A stretch of DNA of 47,476 nucleotides. Origin: Octopus bimaculoides. Lineage: Eukaryota. This document shows, piece by piece, positions 25,546 to 37,548 of this stretch; within the stretch, counting starts at the first letter, position 1; each line of letters starts with the position of its first letter. The position numbers and the translations under genes were made by a program. The stretch is taken from NCBI RefSeq assembly GCF_001194135.2, contig NC_068988.1, positions 554,119 through 601,594 of the forward strand. Direction: 5' to 3'. The notes under the pieces were generated by a model that was not told the origin of the DNA, did no database searches, and saw only the letters and a list, made by a program, of their open reading frames with translations.

Positions 25546-25963
25546 CATTATAATAGTGATATTGCCAGCTTGATTAATGAATGGACGCGCGGAGGAGAGA
25601 GCTGTGCAGCGAGGTCTGTTTGACGGCAACACTTTCTTCATGTAGGCATCCATGTAAGTAAACCCGCTTATCATTTGCCATACATACATTCTTTCATCCT
25701 GATATGTATACATTCTTTCGTCTACACATTTATGTATGAAGGCGATATGTTGTGTAATGAGAGTAATATTGATGAGAGGGGGGGGGGAGAGGGAGAAAGA
25801 GTGAGAGAAGAACAAAGGGAGAGTGAGGGCGAGAGAGAAAGAGTGAGAGGAAAAGAAAGAGAGGTGGAGAGAAAGAGAAACAAACAGACGAGTTACCGGA
25901 AAACATTCACGCACGCACGTACACGCATGTAAATATACAAATACACACAGACATAGATGTGTG

Positions 25964-25996
<33 letters not shown>

Positions 25997-26972
25997 NNNN
26001 NNNNNNNNNNNNNNNNNNNNNNNNNNNNNNNNNNNNNNNNNNNNNNNNNNNNNNNNNNNNNNNNNNNNNNNNNNNNNNNNNNNNNNNNNNNNNNNNNNNN
26101 NNNNNNNNNNNNNNNNNNNNNNNNNNNNNNNNNNNNNNNNNNNNNNNNNNNNNNNNNNNNNNNNNNNNNNNNNNNNNNNNNNNNNNNNNNNNNNNNNNNN
26201 NNNNNNNNNNNNNNNNNNNNNNNNNNNNNNNNNNNNNNNNNNNNNNNNNNNNNNNNNNNNNNNNNNNNNNNNNNNNNNNNNNNNNNNNNNNNNNNNNNNN
26301 NNNNNNNNNNNNNNNNNNNNNNNNNNNNNNNNNNNNNNNNNNNNNNNNNNNNNNNNNNNNNNNNNNNNNNNNNNNNNNNNNNNNNNNNNNNNNNNNNNNN
26401 NNNNNNNNNNNNNNNNNNNNNNNNNNNNNNNNNNNNNNNNNNNNNNNNNNNNNNNNNNNNNNNNNNNNNNNNNNNNNNNNNNNNNNNNNNNNNNNNNNNN
26501 NNNNNNNNNNNNNNNNNNNNNNNNNNNNNNNNNNNNNNNNNNNNNNNNNNNNNNNNNNNNNNNNNNNNNNNNNNNNNNNNNNNNNNNNNNNNNNNNNNNN
26601 NNNNNNNNNNNNNNNNNNNNNNNNNNNNNNNNNNNNNNNNNNNNNNNNNNNNNNNNNNNNNNNNNNNNNNNNNNNNNNNNNNNNNNNNNNNNNNNNNNNN
26701 NNNNNNNNNNNNNNNNNNNNNNNNNNNNNNNNNNNNNNNNNNNNNNNNNNNNNNNNNNNNNNNNNNNNNNNNNNNNNNNNNNNNNNNNNNNNNNNNNNNN
26801 NNNNNNNNNNNNNNNNNNNNNNNNNNNNNNNNNNNNNNNNNNNNNNNNNNNNNNNNNNNNNNNNNNNNNNNNNNNNNNNNNNNNNNNNNNNNNNNNNNNN
26901 NNNNNNNNNNNNNNNNNNNNNNNNNNNNNNNNNNNNNNNNNNNNNNNNNNNNNNNNNNNNNNNNNNNNNNNN

Positions 26973-27296
26973 GGGTCTTCTCACGCACAGCCCATTTCCA
27001 AAGGTCTCGGTCCGTAGTCATCGCCTCGGTGAGGCCCAATGTACGAAGGTCTTGCCTCACCACCTCAGCCCAGGTCTTCCTGGGCCTACCTCTTCCACGG
27101 GTTCCCTCAACTGTTAGGGTGTGGCACTTTTTCACGCAGCTATCCTCCTCCATTCTCACCACATGTCCATACCAGCGCAATCGTCTCTCTTGCACGCCAC
27201 AACTGATGCTTCTAATGTTCAGCTTTTCTCTCAAGATACTTACACTCTGACGGGTATTCACATTGACATTACACATCCAACGGAGCATACTGGCTT
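26973..27296 (-). mobile_element. RTE-clade LINE, 5'-truncated ORF2 C-terminus; 3' end runs into gap
   Basis: Translation MLRWMC...VQERRLRWYGHVVRMEEDSCVKKC...VEGTRGRGRPRKTWAEVVRQDL...DRDLWKWAV carries the RRLRWxGHVxR, GRGRPRKTW and DRxxW motifs typical of RTE ORF2 C-termini. Confidence 0.9.
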
Positions 27297-27319
27297 ATAT
27301 TAGTATATATACGTACGTG

Positions 27320-27525
27320 TGTGTGTGTGTGTTTGTGCTTGTCCCCATCACTGTTTATAGCCGTTGTTGGTTTACTTAGGGAATCTTAGCTGTTCAGCAA
27401 AATCGGCCAAATAGAAGAAGAACCACGCTTAAGAAAAAAATAAGCATTGGGAATAATTCATTCGATTAAAACCTATCAAGGCAGCGCCCCAGCATGGCTG
27501 CAACCTAATGACTGGAACATGTAAA

Positions 27526-27527
<2 letters not shown>
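27320..27527 (+). mobile_element. SINE family B, 3' half, diverged
   Basis: GCGCCCCAGCATGGCTGCAACCTAATGACTGGAACATGTAAAGG. Confidence 0.75.
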
Positions 27528-27571
<44 letters not shown>

Positions 27572-29226
27572 AATACGCTCACGCACAGGTATATTCGCCC
27601 GTTGAATGAATAGCATTGTGATACTACCTTCCATTCTCTCTCCTATCAGCTGATAAGTTCTGTTATCTAACATAATCAGCTGAAGAAACGAAGATTTTAC
27701 TTTTAAAACTTCCCAAGCTTTTACTGATTTCACCGGCGGCAGACGACTGGATTCGTTCTCGCATCTCACAGAACTGAAAGACATGGTGTTAGGCCGCGCT
27801 TTCGGCGATATAACTTCTCACCAAATCCAAAGCCTTGACTGGTTCTCTACTTGCGGACCCAGAAAGAATGAAAACCAATGATGAGCTGGGCTAGATTTGA
27901 ATTCGGGACGCAGAATAGTCGGAAGAAATACAGCAAAATATTCTTTACGACACTTAACTATTCTGACACACACTATTGTTTCCACACACACACACACACA
28001 TCTGTATGTATGTATGTATGTATGTATGTATGTATGTATGTATGTATGTATGCACATGCATATGCATATATGTATGTGCACTCATTACATACTCACAATT
28101 GCGAATTCGAAAGCGTATCGGGAAATGCAAAAGAATTTTTGTGAGGGAAATGAAGTGGTTGAGTGATGTTGAGGGAGTAGAAAAGGAAGGAAGCTTGAGT
28201 GTGAGAAAGCGTGTGTGTGTTTATGTGGCCGCGAATGTGTGTGTATGCGTTATAAGTGTATATTCGAACGCTTGTTAACGCCTGTGTGTGCGTGTGTGAA
28301 TGTTTGTTTATGTGTGTGACTGAGAAAGAAAGAGAGAGAAATTGAGACGAAGAACCTCATAATTCATGAAAGAAAGAGAGAGACAGAATTGGCGAAAGAA
28401 AGACGAGGAGAGACGAAAGAATTTGTGAAAGACAGAGAGAATTAGTGTCAGAAAGAGAGAGGAAGAAAGAATTAGCGAAAGAAACGGAGAACGGATGAAA
28501 GAATTAGTGAAGGAAAGACAGTGAGAGAATCAGTGAAAGAGAAAGAGGAAGATAGTGCGTGGGGCTATATTTTGTCAACAACTGGATGAAGCAGACGACT
28601 GCAATATGATGTGGTGGACAGTGGGAATGTCTTGAATTGAAATAAATGGTTTTTATGAAAACTAAACATCAACTAAAACATATGGTAAAGTTTAATCCGT
28701 AAAATTTGATGAAAATATTTACAAAAATATCTGATGCTGTAAATGATAGAAATTGTTAGACCAATATTATGGGGAAAGCTGTATAGACTCTAGAATATAT
28801 ATATTTATACTTTGCGGTGTCCCTAGATGGATGAAAAGGAAGATTGGCTCTTGTCCGGATTCGAATTCAGAGTGATGGGACCGACGGAAAGAATAGGCAT
28901 TACTTTGCCTCCTGGACACAAACAAACAAACACCACAACAGGAATGTAGTTTCTCATCTTTATACAATGCAAAACTATACAAATAGCACATAAATGTAGG
29001 CGCATTTTATAGAAATATCTGCGTAGTTATGTAAAGATTACGTTTGTGAGGCGTCCCTGTAGAATGTATGAATATTATTTTAAAGTATTTACTTAGAATA
29101 ATCATAATGTAAATAGCTGCAATAAAATAAAATGACTTCGAAAGTCGACGAAAGGATCATGCAAAAGTCTAACTCAATTGCATTAGGTTAAAGAATAGAT
29201 TGAAGAATTTGGTAAATGAAACTCAC

Positions 29227-29242
29227 CTTTAGAAAGGCCCAT
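29227..29242 (-). CDS. Candidate first coding exon segment of an unidentified gene (M-G-L-S-K, phase-1 donor)
   Basis: Minus strand CCAAAATGGGCCTTTCTAAAG|GTGAGT: invertebrate-type AAAATGG start context and a consensus donor, about 650 nt downstream of a promoter-like cluster. No downstream exon could be assigned. Confidence 0.4.
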
Positions 29243-29835
29243 TTTGGTTAATTATTTTTAGTGGGATTTTTAGAAGTTATTCCGTCCGTAAAAACTGTAC
29301 AATTATACACTCCGTTTGGCATCCGAGTACATATTTATGGCTGTCGTTTAGATGTTACGTTTTTTAAATTATTTCTGCTTCGGCCACATTCTCAAGTCAA
29401 CGGGTTTTAGATAAATATATAAGAAGTAAAAAATATTTGCTTTTTATAAAATTTTATTATTTTTTTTGATTTTGTTATTTTTTTTTTACTTTTTGATTTG
29501 ATTTTTTTGTTTTGTATTTTTTTGTAAATAAATAAATAATTTCTTCTAAGATCGCAATGTTTCCTTGCCTGTCTTTTTGTTTTTCTTTTCCCTTCGCCAC
29601 TTGTAGCGTCTTCTTCAAGCAATCATCGGCAACTTGTTTGTTATGGACGTAAAATCATGTTGTCACATTTATTATAGTTTTTACACATTTCAGCGTGCCT
29701 CTGCCGTTTACAGAATGCATGCAATATGGGTGTAGTTGCAGCAGCAGCAGCAGCAGCGGTTCTTTTAATTTCTCCACAAAACAAAACAAAACAGATTCAA
29801 TGATATCGAGCTATTTAGCTTTCGCTGCTCTCAAA

Positions 29836-29901
<66 letters not shown>

Positions 29902-29907
<6 letters not shown>

Positions 29908-29983
29908 GCCTATATATCGTCTGCCTATATATCGTCTGCCTATATATCGTCGCTTGATGGCGGGGCAGGCTGCATGCAATTGG
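29902..29983 (-). promoter_or_regulatory. Candidate Pol II promoter: CCAAT box, GC box and three TATA-like motifs in a 15-bp tandem repeat
   Basis: Minus-strand order CCAAT (29983-29979), GC box (GGCGGGGC on + at 29959-29966), then TATATAGG within (TCGTCTGCCTATATA)x3 at 29902-29946. Confidence 0.45.
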
Positions 29984-29999
29984 TGAAGACGACGGAGGA

Positions 30000-30586
30000 G
30001 GAGCAGGCGAGCATTTCTAACTCCACCACAACCACACTTCTCCCTTACTTTCCCTTCTTTACTTTCACCCTTTCTTTACTCTCTCATTTTCTCTTTCTCC
30101 TCTTCTCTATATTACACCTACCTCTTACCCCCACCAGTTTCCTCCTGCTCTTCCACTTCCTCCGCCTCCTCCTCCACCACCTCCTGTATCTGTCTCTGTC
30201 TCTTTTCTCTCCCACCCTTTCTCTCTACTGCTGTCGTCTTTCTTTATTACCTTCTCTTCCCACACCTCTTTCATCCATTTCTCTACATTTTCTTCTCTTT
30301 CTCATTTTCTCCTCTCACCCCATAACATAATATCTATCTATCTCTCTTTCTATCTATCTATTTCTTTATCTCTCTTTCTATCTATCTATCTATCTACTTC
30401 TACCTCTCTTTCCTGCCTCACTCTTTTCCCCTCTCTTCATTGTCCCACCCTACCTTTTAACATTACTACTTCACCCCTCCCAATCATTCTGCCCTCCCAT
30501 TCTCACTGCTCTATCTTACGTACTTCATCTTTCACTGCCCACTCAACTTCAAACTTCATTCCCCCCTCTCGCCCCTATTCTCTCTC

Positions 30587-30660
<74 letters not shown>

Positions 30661-30901
30661 NNNNNNNNNNNNNNNNNNNNNNNNNNNNNNNNNNNNNNNN
30701 NNNNNNNNNNNNNNNNNNNNNNNNNNNNNNNNNNNNNNNNNNNNNNNNNNNNNNNNNNNNNNNNNNNNNNNNNNNNNNNNNNNNNNNNNNNNNNNNNNNN
30801 NNNNNNNNNNNNNNNNNNNNNNNNNNNNNNNNNNNNNNNNNNNNNNNNNNNNNNNNNNNNNNNNNNNNNNNNNNNNNNNNNNNNNNNNNNNNNNNNNNNN
30901 N

Positions 30902-30957
<56 letters not shown>

Positions 30958-31260
30958 CGCTCTTTCTCTCTCACAATTCTAGATACGTTTGAAGTTGTCA
31001 GCAGACTGGTTTGTATGTAAGGGCGTGAAAGTGTCTACAGGCACATCATATTGAACGATGAGAGACTATGGAAATTTTACGTGAGAGAAACTTTCACAGG
31101 AAGAGAAAGAAAGTGTGAATCAAAACGAGAAAAGTGTGAGAGGGAGAGAGTGAGAGAGAGAGAGAGAGAGAGAAAGAGGAGAGAGAGAGAGAGAGAAAGA
31201 GGAGAGAAAGAGTCAAAGGAAACAAGAGAGAGGAAAAGAGAGATTATCAGAAAGATGCAA
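30000..31260. repeat. Large polypyrimidine then polypurine low-complexity block with (CT)n/(GA)n microsatellites and a gap
   Basis: CT-rich 30040-30970, GA-rich 31080-31260. Confidence 0.85.
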
Positions 31261-31795
31261 GCAAAATGCGGTGGTTTAGGTAGGTAAGATGAAGGGTTGC
31301 GAAATAATCGTACGCATGCGTATAATCACATATTCTGACATACAGTAGCGTCTCTACCATTATTATACATATGCATACACGTGTGTGTGTTTGTGTGTGT
31401 GTGTTAGTGCATATATAAACATCATTCCGGTTAGCGTATGTTGGTATGCGTTAGCAAAGCCGCACACGCGTTGGTATGTATGTGAGATCGTCTGTAAAAA
31501 AGGGTGGAGATAAAGTGAATGAGGACACAGTATGTGTACGCCTATGTATATATGTATATGTATATAAATACACGCACATATATTATACACACACGCGCGT
31601 ACATATGTATATACATGCGCATGTATGTATGTATGTACGCCATACGAGTTTGGCACACTCCACACAACTCCACGTCAGACATCGGCAACTGCTGGTTGCG
31701 GCGTTCATTGATGAAGTTCAATCTAAGAACGAGAGGAAGAAAGCAATTTCTTTTTGCTTTCTTCGTAAGATACAAACTTTAAATATATTCGCGCC

Positions 31796-31862
<67 letters not shown>

Positions 31863-32104
31863 CGCCTGTGTATATACGCGTGTATGTTGTTATAACCGTG
31901 CGTAAACGATCGTGTGCGAATGAAGCATACACGTTGATATAAACACACATACACACACATACATATATTATATTCGTGCTTGTGTGTGTGTGTGTCTGTG
32001 CGTATGCATTTCTCCTCGTTGTCACTCAAACCTCGTTCTCTGTATGTGGGTATGCGTGTCATTCTTCAATATGATTGTGTGTGTGTGTGTGTGCTTGTTT
32101 GTTT

Positions 32105-32141
<37 letters not shown>

Positions 32142-32636
32142 ATGTTTTGTGTGTGTGTGTGTTTCTGTAATTCCTGTGAGTGTGTTTGGTTATCTAACAA
32201 GTAGTGTATGTGTTGCAAAAGATGTCTGTGTCTCAGCAGAGCGAATGTCGGCTGCTTACAGATCGTACACGTGTTTTTTTAAAACGGTGATACACAGTTA
32301 TTTAATACCAGAAATGATACTCTTAAGTGACTTTTTTCTGCCTTCTCCTGGGGAGTAAATGCAATTGAAGATATTTGGAGGAGGGATAAGGAAGTTTGAG
32401 CGACCGATATGAACTCCAATTGCTCCTACCGGAAATCATAGTCTTCATGCATGTTCTGATTCTCAGGAACTTACGATTTACTTTACCGCCATTGTTCTCT
32501 GTCTTGCAAAGCATACCTTGAACACTTCGACCCACACGTTCGCATTACTATTTCAACTTACCGACAAGGATGAATAGGATGATGATAATGATGATGATGA
32601 TGGGGGTACGTAGTTACGTAATTTATGTGTGTATGC

Positions 32637-32694
<58 letters not shown>

Positions 32695-32894
32695 ATATGT
32701 ATGTATATATATGTATATATATGTATATATATATATATATATATAGGATAATGATAAATGGAGCAAAACGCATATAAACAAAAGTTCCTTTAATTCCTAC
32801 ATATGTTTCAAAATATATGTGCACTCTACTCCAAAGAAGTAAGAGGTGCTGGAAAATGCGCATAAATTCATCGTCAGGGAACCAACTTCCAAAA

Positions 32895-33914
32895 GCCCGG
32901 GATAGCGCAAGTTTGCGCTTCCTCGACAAGTCCGACCACGACCCGTGTCAACCTTACCTTTTTGCTAGCACCTTGGCCAAAATCTTTAACTCTGTGTTTA
33001 GCAGAGTTATGGGCCTAAAGTTCCCTATCTCATCCCCCTTGCTCGGGTCCTCTCTAATCCACGTCACCCCCACCCCGGCTCGCAGACTTGGGAATTCTCT
33101 CGTTCTGCTGCCAGTTGGCGTAAACGTTGGCCAGTAGGTGCCCGAACAAGTCTGGCATACTTTTATAGAATTCATAGGGCAGACCATCGAGACCCGGCGA
33201 CTTCTCCCGGGGGCACTCACCCAGCACCTCGATTACCTCCTTGACTGTGATTGGCCCTTCATAGCACTCAGCCTCTCGTACCGAGAGACGCAGGTCACCA
33301 GACAGGAAGTCCTTAAGGGCCTCACCATGATCCAGCGTCTCGCTCCTCCCGAGCAACTCGGCAGAATTCTTGTAAAGTGCCTCACACATCTCGTCCCGTC
33401 CGTCGACCGAACGTTCGTTTTCGCCGACAAAAGACCTAATTGTGGCATCGTTGCCATGCTGGGTTTCTACCGTACGGGCCCATCCGCCAACATTAATTCC
33501 CTCACGGCCCAATGATCGCACTTTAGCCCGAACTCTACACCCCTCATGTTTGGCTTTCAGGTGACGGTCCAATGCCGTTCTCGCTGCCAAAATGTGAGAT
33601 GCAAAGCCCAACCTCAACGCCTCTTCTAAGTCCTTGACTAGTTGCCCTTCTATTCTGGTCTTATCTAGTCTTAGCTGTTGACTAAACCTAATGGACTCAA
33701 ATCGAATGGCTCTCTTGAGGGCGAACCACCACCGGTTATTAACTACGGCGCCGGTTAACGCCCTCTGTAATAACACCTTAATCCGGCTAGGGTATGCCTC
33801 TGTAGCAATCATCACATGTATATCATGTGATCTGAGGTCGTCGAGGAAATAGGTTTGCTTCCACCTCGAACTCAGACCACGCACTTTCAGACAACCAAGG
33901 TTAAGTGCAGTCAC
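32895..33914 (-). mobile_element. L1/Tx1-clade LINE ORF2 remnant: start of APE endonuclease, large internal deletion, linker, and RT N-terminus; frameshifted and 3'-truncated
   Basis: LNLGCLKVRGL...DIHVMIATE (APE domain I/II); REKSPGLDGLPYEFY; after a frameshift near 33070 IGNFRPITLLNTELKILAKVLAKR; after a 5-bp duplication LTRVVVGLVEEAQTCAIPG. These are L1/Tx1 RT N-terminal motifs. Confidence 0.9.
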
Positions 33915-33968
33915 AGCTTAAAAAGTAGAGGTTCTACTTACCCTTCACGGGTGACGTTGGGGCTGACC

Positions 33969-34400
33969 TCACCATACGTGTGGCAGCCCTTCTTTCTCCT
34001 CCTTCAAATACTTTGGAAGGTTCCCAATTCTTCTGATGGCCGTCGGGTGTCTTTGCTTCAACTGCTTGAATAGGGTTTCCCCTATCCAGGCACACGTCTT
34101 CGAAAAGTCTTTGTGCTTCGAGAAAAGCTTGGTGGTGTGGTGGTTCACAATTATTTCGTCTGTGTATTTGTCTCTGGTGTCAAATCCCCCTAACACCTTA
34201 ATGTCAGTCATCTTTTTCTTTTCTCTTTATGGTTTCTCTTTTCGTAGAAGAGCATAAATTCAAAGAGTTAATGTTTACTTCCAATTTTTCGTGAACGTCA
34301 GCCGAATTCATCCTGTTTGTTGTTACCTCACCATCATGCTTTTTTCTTTTTATCTTTCTACCTGATAAAACAAAACGGGTCGATCCTTCCTCGACTACCC
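33969..34400 (-). mobile_element. Probable ORF1 C-terminal remnant of the same Tx1-like LINE (one frameshift near 34215)
   Basis: Open frame MTDIKVLGGFDTRDKY...RIGNLPKYLKEEKEGLPHVW* ends 55 nt before the ORF2 start on the same strand; a K/R-rich frame continues upstream. No recognised domain. Confidence 0.45.
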
Positions 34401-34704
34401 TTGATCTTGTCTGCTAAAATTTGTTCGATTAGGAGCTAAACAACAATAATGGGAAGAACCAGTCATTGAAGTGGTCGCTACGTGATTGATTTAATTAGTA
34501 GAAATGACAGGCAAATCACCCACAATTTGCTTTCTACTATCTTGGAAAAGGAAGGTACACATTGGATAATGTAGTCCTAGAAATGCAATGTCCAAGAAAA
34601 AGAAGTGGCCGACTGGACTTGGGGACTTGCCATGCATGGAAAGCCTTAGTACATAGATTTACTCAGATTGAGCGGACTTGGAGACAAAGAACAACAGCAA
34701 CAAC
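34400..34704 (+). mobile_element. Fragments of a third SINE-like family ending in GCTAAACAACAA / (AAC)n
   Basis: GGAGCTAAACAACAA at 34432 and GGAGACAAAGAACAACAGCAACAAC at 34680; AGTAGAAATGACAGGCAAATC resembles GCTAGAAATAGCAGCCAAGTC at 12577. Confidence 0.45.
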
Positions 34705-34711
34705 TTGCTCA

Positions 34712-35200
34712 TTAACCCTTTTGTTACCATATTTCTGTTGAAAATGAAGAATTTAGTGAAACAAACTTGTCGTTCTTAAGCTGGCGTTTGGAGCACAAAT
34801 TAACAAGAAACCTCGGTGGAAATGTTACAATGGAGGTTGCTTTAAAAACGGAAGTTTGTATCATAGAACCAGGCACGGTCTCAGGTTAGTCTGGTATTGA
34901 GAGATTTACAGACAGTAAAGAATTTGACGAACGCGTGATTTGGCAGTTGGCCAAGCAGAAGCCCACTTATTGACTAATGTAGCTCCTCTTTTAAAACCCT
35001 TTTGTTACTGATTTCGTTTGACATCCACCATCTTTGTTTCAGTTTTAAAAATAATATAGACTTTTAATAAAATAACCTTAGTATTATTGAGCTGGTATTT
35101 GAAAGATAAATTAACAAGGAATTTTGGTGGGAGGTTTTAATTTAGATCACTTTAAAACAGGAAGTTGTATCTCAAGTGGATTGGTATCGAAAAAAGGTAA
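34712..35200 (+). mobile_element. Two degenerate MITE-like copies (34712-34908, 34993-35200) with TTAA-CCCTTT...GGTATC termini, piggyBac-like
   Basis: TTAACCCTTTTGTTACC and AAAACCCTTTTGTTACT starts; shared internal TTAACAAG(A/G)AA...TTTAAAA(AC/CA)GGAAGTT; ends GGTATTGAGAGATTTA and GGTATCGAAAAAAGGTAA. Confidence 0.55.
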
Positions 35201-35908
35201 ATAAATTAATATAGTATATCTACCCATTTTTATTTTTTTCTCTTTAAACCTCTCAATATATGAGAAAAGACAGGATGTCTTCTGAAAATCAATTAAACAG
35301 GGAATAAATTCGGGTTAATACTGTGACTATTTATATTCAACAAAATATGATATTCTGTTAGATTCAATGGAATGTCTCGAGCTAGGCTTGCGGCAAATTT
35401 AATGAGCACGGAAATCACTTAACGTCGTCTGGTTAGGAGGTTATATAGCTGGGCGTTTACAAGGAGCTGTCACTAATATTCTTTCTTCCTTTGTCGTTTT
35501 AGGATCGATAAAATAAATACGAATATACTAAGGTCATATCTTTTAAGTATTTCATTCCATATTACAAATTTGGCCTTGGGTCAAAGATAAACAGAGAAAA
35601 AAACCGTATTTCTCATATATCAAAGATTTGTAAGCGAAAGACTGATAACCTTGTATAATAAGGTACCGACTACATCAAATAGTTTTTTGTTGTTAATATG
35701 CTTATTCATCGGTTATGCAGTTAATGGCGTTTATAAATACGAAATTGTTTCGTTTATTTCATCGATTGCCTGAAAATCGCTAAGAACGTGAAACTAATCG
35801 GAGCATTCTGGATAATTTACAAGTTTCAGCTTCAAAATGAAAAATGAAATTAACAATCTGACCTACATAACTAAATTAAGTGCTTTTACTTCTAGTACTG
35901 TGCACTTT

Positions 35909-35946
<38 letters not shown>

Positions 35947-36209
35947 TACGTATACATATATGCATGCATNNNNNNNNNNNNNNNNNNNNNNNNNNNNNNN
36001 NNNNNNNNNNNNNNNNNNNNNNNNNNNNNNNNNNNNNNNNNNNNNNNNNNNNNNNNNNNNNNNNNNNNNNNNNNNNNNNNNNNNNNNNNNNNNNNNNNNN
36101 NNNNNNNNNNNNNNNNNNNNNNNNNNNNNNNNNNNNNNNNNNNNNNNNNNNNNNNNNNNNNNNNNNNNNNNNNNNNNNNNNNNNNNNNNNNNNNNNNNNN
36201 NNNNNNNNN

Positions 36210-36240
<31 letters not shown>

Positions 36241-36378
36241 ACATACTACATATATGTGTGTGTGTTTGTTTGTAAGCATACAGGTATGTTTTGGGATCAC
36301 TGAATTAAATTTAATATACGTTTTATCCTAAAAGTCTAATTATCTAATGTTGTGTGTATCGTATAGACTCAGATGAGT

Positions 36379-36621
36379 GGAGGCGCGTGGCTTAGTGGTT
36401 AAGGGTGTTGGACTCATGATCGTAAGATTGTGGTTTCGATTCATGGACCGGGTGACGCGTTGTGTTCTTGAGCAAAACACTTCATTTCATCATCTCACTG
36501 ACAAAAATAAGTAATTCTGTGATGGACCGGTGTCCCGTCCAAGTGGGGAATATATACACTACATAAACCGGCCCTTATGAGTCTGTATGATTCGAGAAGG
36601 TTGCCTTTACTTTACCTTTAA
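36379..36621 (+). mobile_element. tRNA-derived SINE, family C (Meta/V-domain-like), with perfect 12-bp TSD
   Basis: A box TGGCTTAGTGG, B box GTTTCGATTC, GCGTTGTGTTCTTGAGCAAAACACTT and GATGGACCGGTGTCCCGTCC motifs, tail CTTTACTTTACCTTTA; ACTCAGATGAGT at 36367-36378 and 36622-36633. Confidence 0.85.
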
Positions 36622-36647
36622 ACTCAGATGAGTTGTTGTTTGAATTA

Positions 36648-37110
36648 AGCATGAAGGCGGGAAAGACATGCAGTGATGTACATCTGGAAGATCCTGGGAA
36701 GTCTTGTGACAAACTTTGTCATTGAATGTTACTCATACAGCAGAACAGGGTACCACTAAATAGTGCCAAAGGTCCCAACATCATCATCATCCTGATACAG
36801 GATCAGATATTGCAACAGCTTGGGTTTGAAGGGCCCACAGCTCTTCAATATCCTCCCAAAAAGCCTAAAATACATCCGTGGCGTGGATGTAGGTGTCTTC
36901 AAAACAAGACTGCATCTCTTCCCATCAAGAGTTATGGATGAGTCAACCGCGTGGCAGAAACGCATATGAAGGAAGCAACATTAATCTCCCTCATTCTTCA
37001 AATGCTACATAACAGAGGAGGTTTCAAGTAGTGAAGATATAGTAAAGCTAACAGCGGGGCCCTGGCACGGTTGCAGCTCTCGAGGTGAAACTAGTTAAAA
37101 AGTTAAAGAA
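36648..37110 (+). mobile_element. CR1-group LINE, 5'-truncated ORF2 C-terminus plus 3' UTR (missed by the ORF track because of stops)
   Basis: One frame from 36655 reads RRERHAVMYIWKILGSLVTNF...RTGYH*IVPKVP...RYCNSLGLKGPQLFNILPKSLKYIRGVDVGVFKTRLHLF, matching the RRER..YxWKI and GPxLFNxLP motifs of CR1/L2-group ORF2 ends. Confidence 0.8.
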
Positions 37111-37248
37111 TTTATAATTAGAACCAATTCTGGTTTCCAGATAAGAATCAAGAAAGAGCAGAATGTTTTGAGGGGTGCAAGGTTCATCGATCATTATTTC
37201 TGAAAGAAGAAATATCTTGATGACATTTGCAGCGAATAAATGCAAATA

Positions 37249-37293
<45 letters not shown>

Positions 37294-37339
37294 CTGAGTG
37301 ACAGAGAGATAGAGAGATAGATAGATTGAGTGATTGATT

Positions 37340-37548
37340 TGTGTGTGAGTGTGTGTTTGTTTGCCCCTCCCCATCGCTTGACAACCGATGTCGATAAGCG
37401 TACATCCCCGTGACTTAGCGTTTCAGCAAAAGAGTCACATAGAATAAGTACCAGGTATTAAACAGATAAGTACTAAAGTCGATTCGTTCAACTAAAATAA
37501 GACGGTGTCCCAGCATGGCCGCAGTCTAATGACTGAGACAAGTAAAAC
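37340..37548 (+). mobile_element. SINE family B, 3' half
   Basis: CATCGCTTGACAACCGATG...GGTGTCCCAGCATGGCCGCAGTCTAATGACTGAGACAAGTAAAA. Confidence 0.9.

Noticed and set aside
27590-27700. Strong minus-strand acceptor TCTTCGTTTCTTCAG near 27680 as exon 2 of the MGLSK gene
   Set aside because: Joining in phase 1 gives MGLSKADYVR and an immediate stop; it cannot be supported without transcript data.
36379-36455. tRNA gene
   Set aside because: A and B boxes are present, but the acceptor stem does not close and the sequence continues into a SINE body with a TSD.
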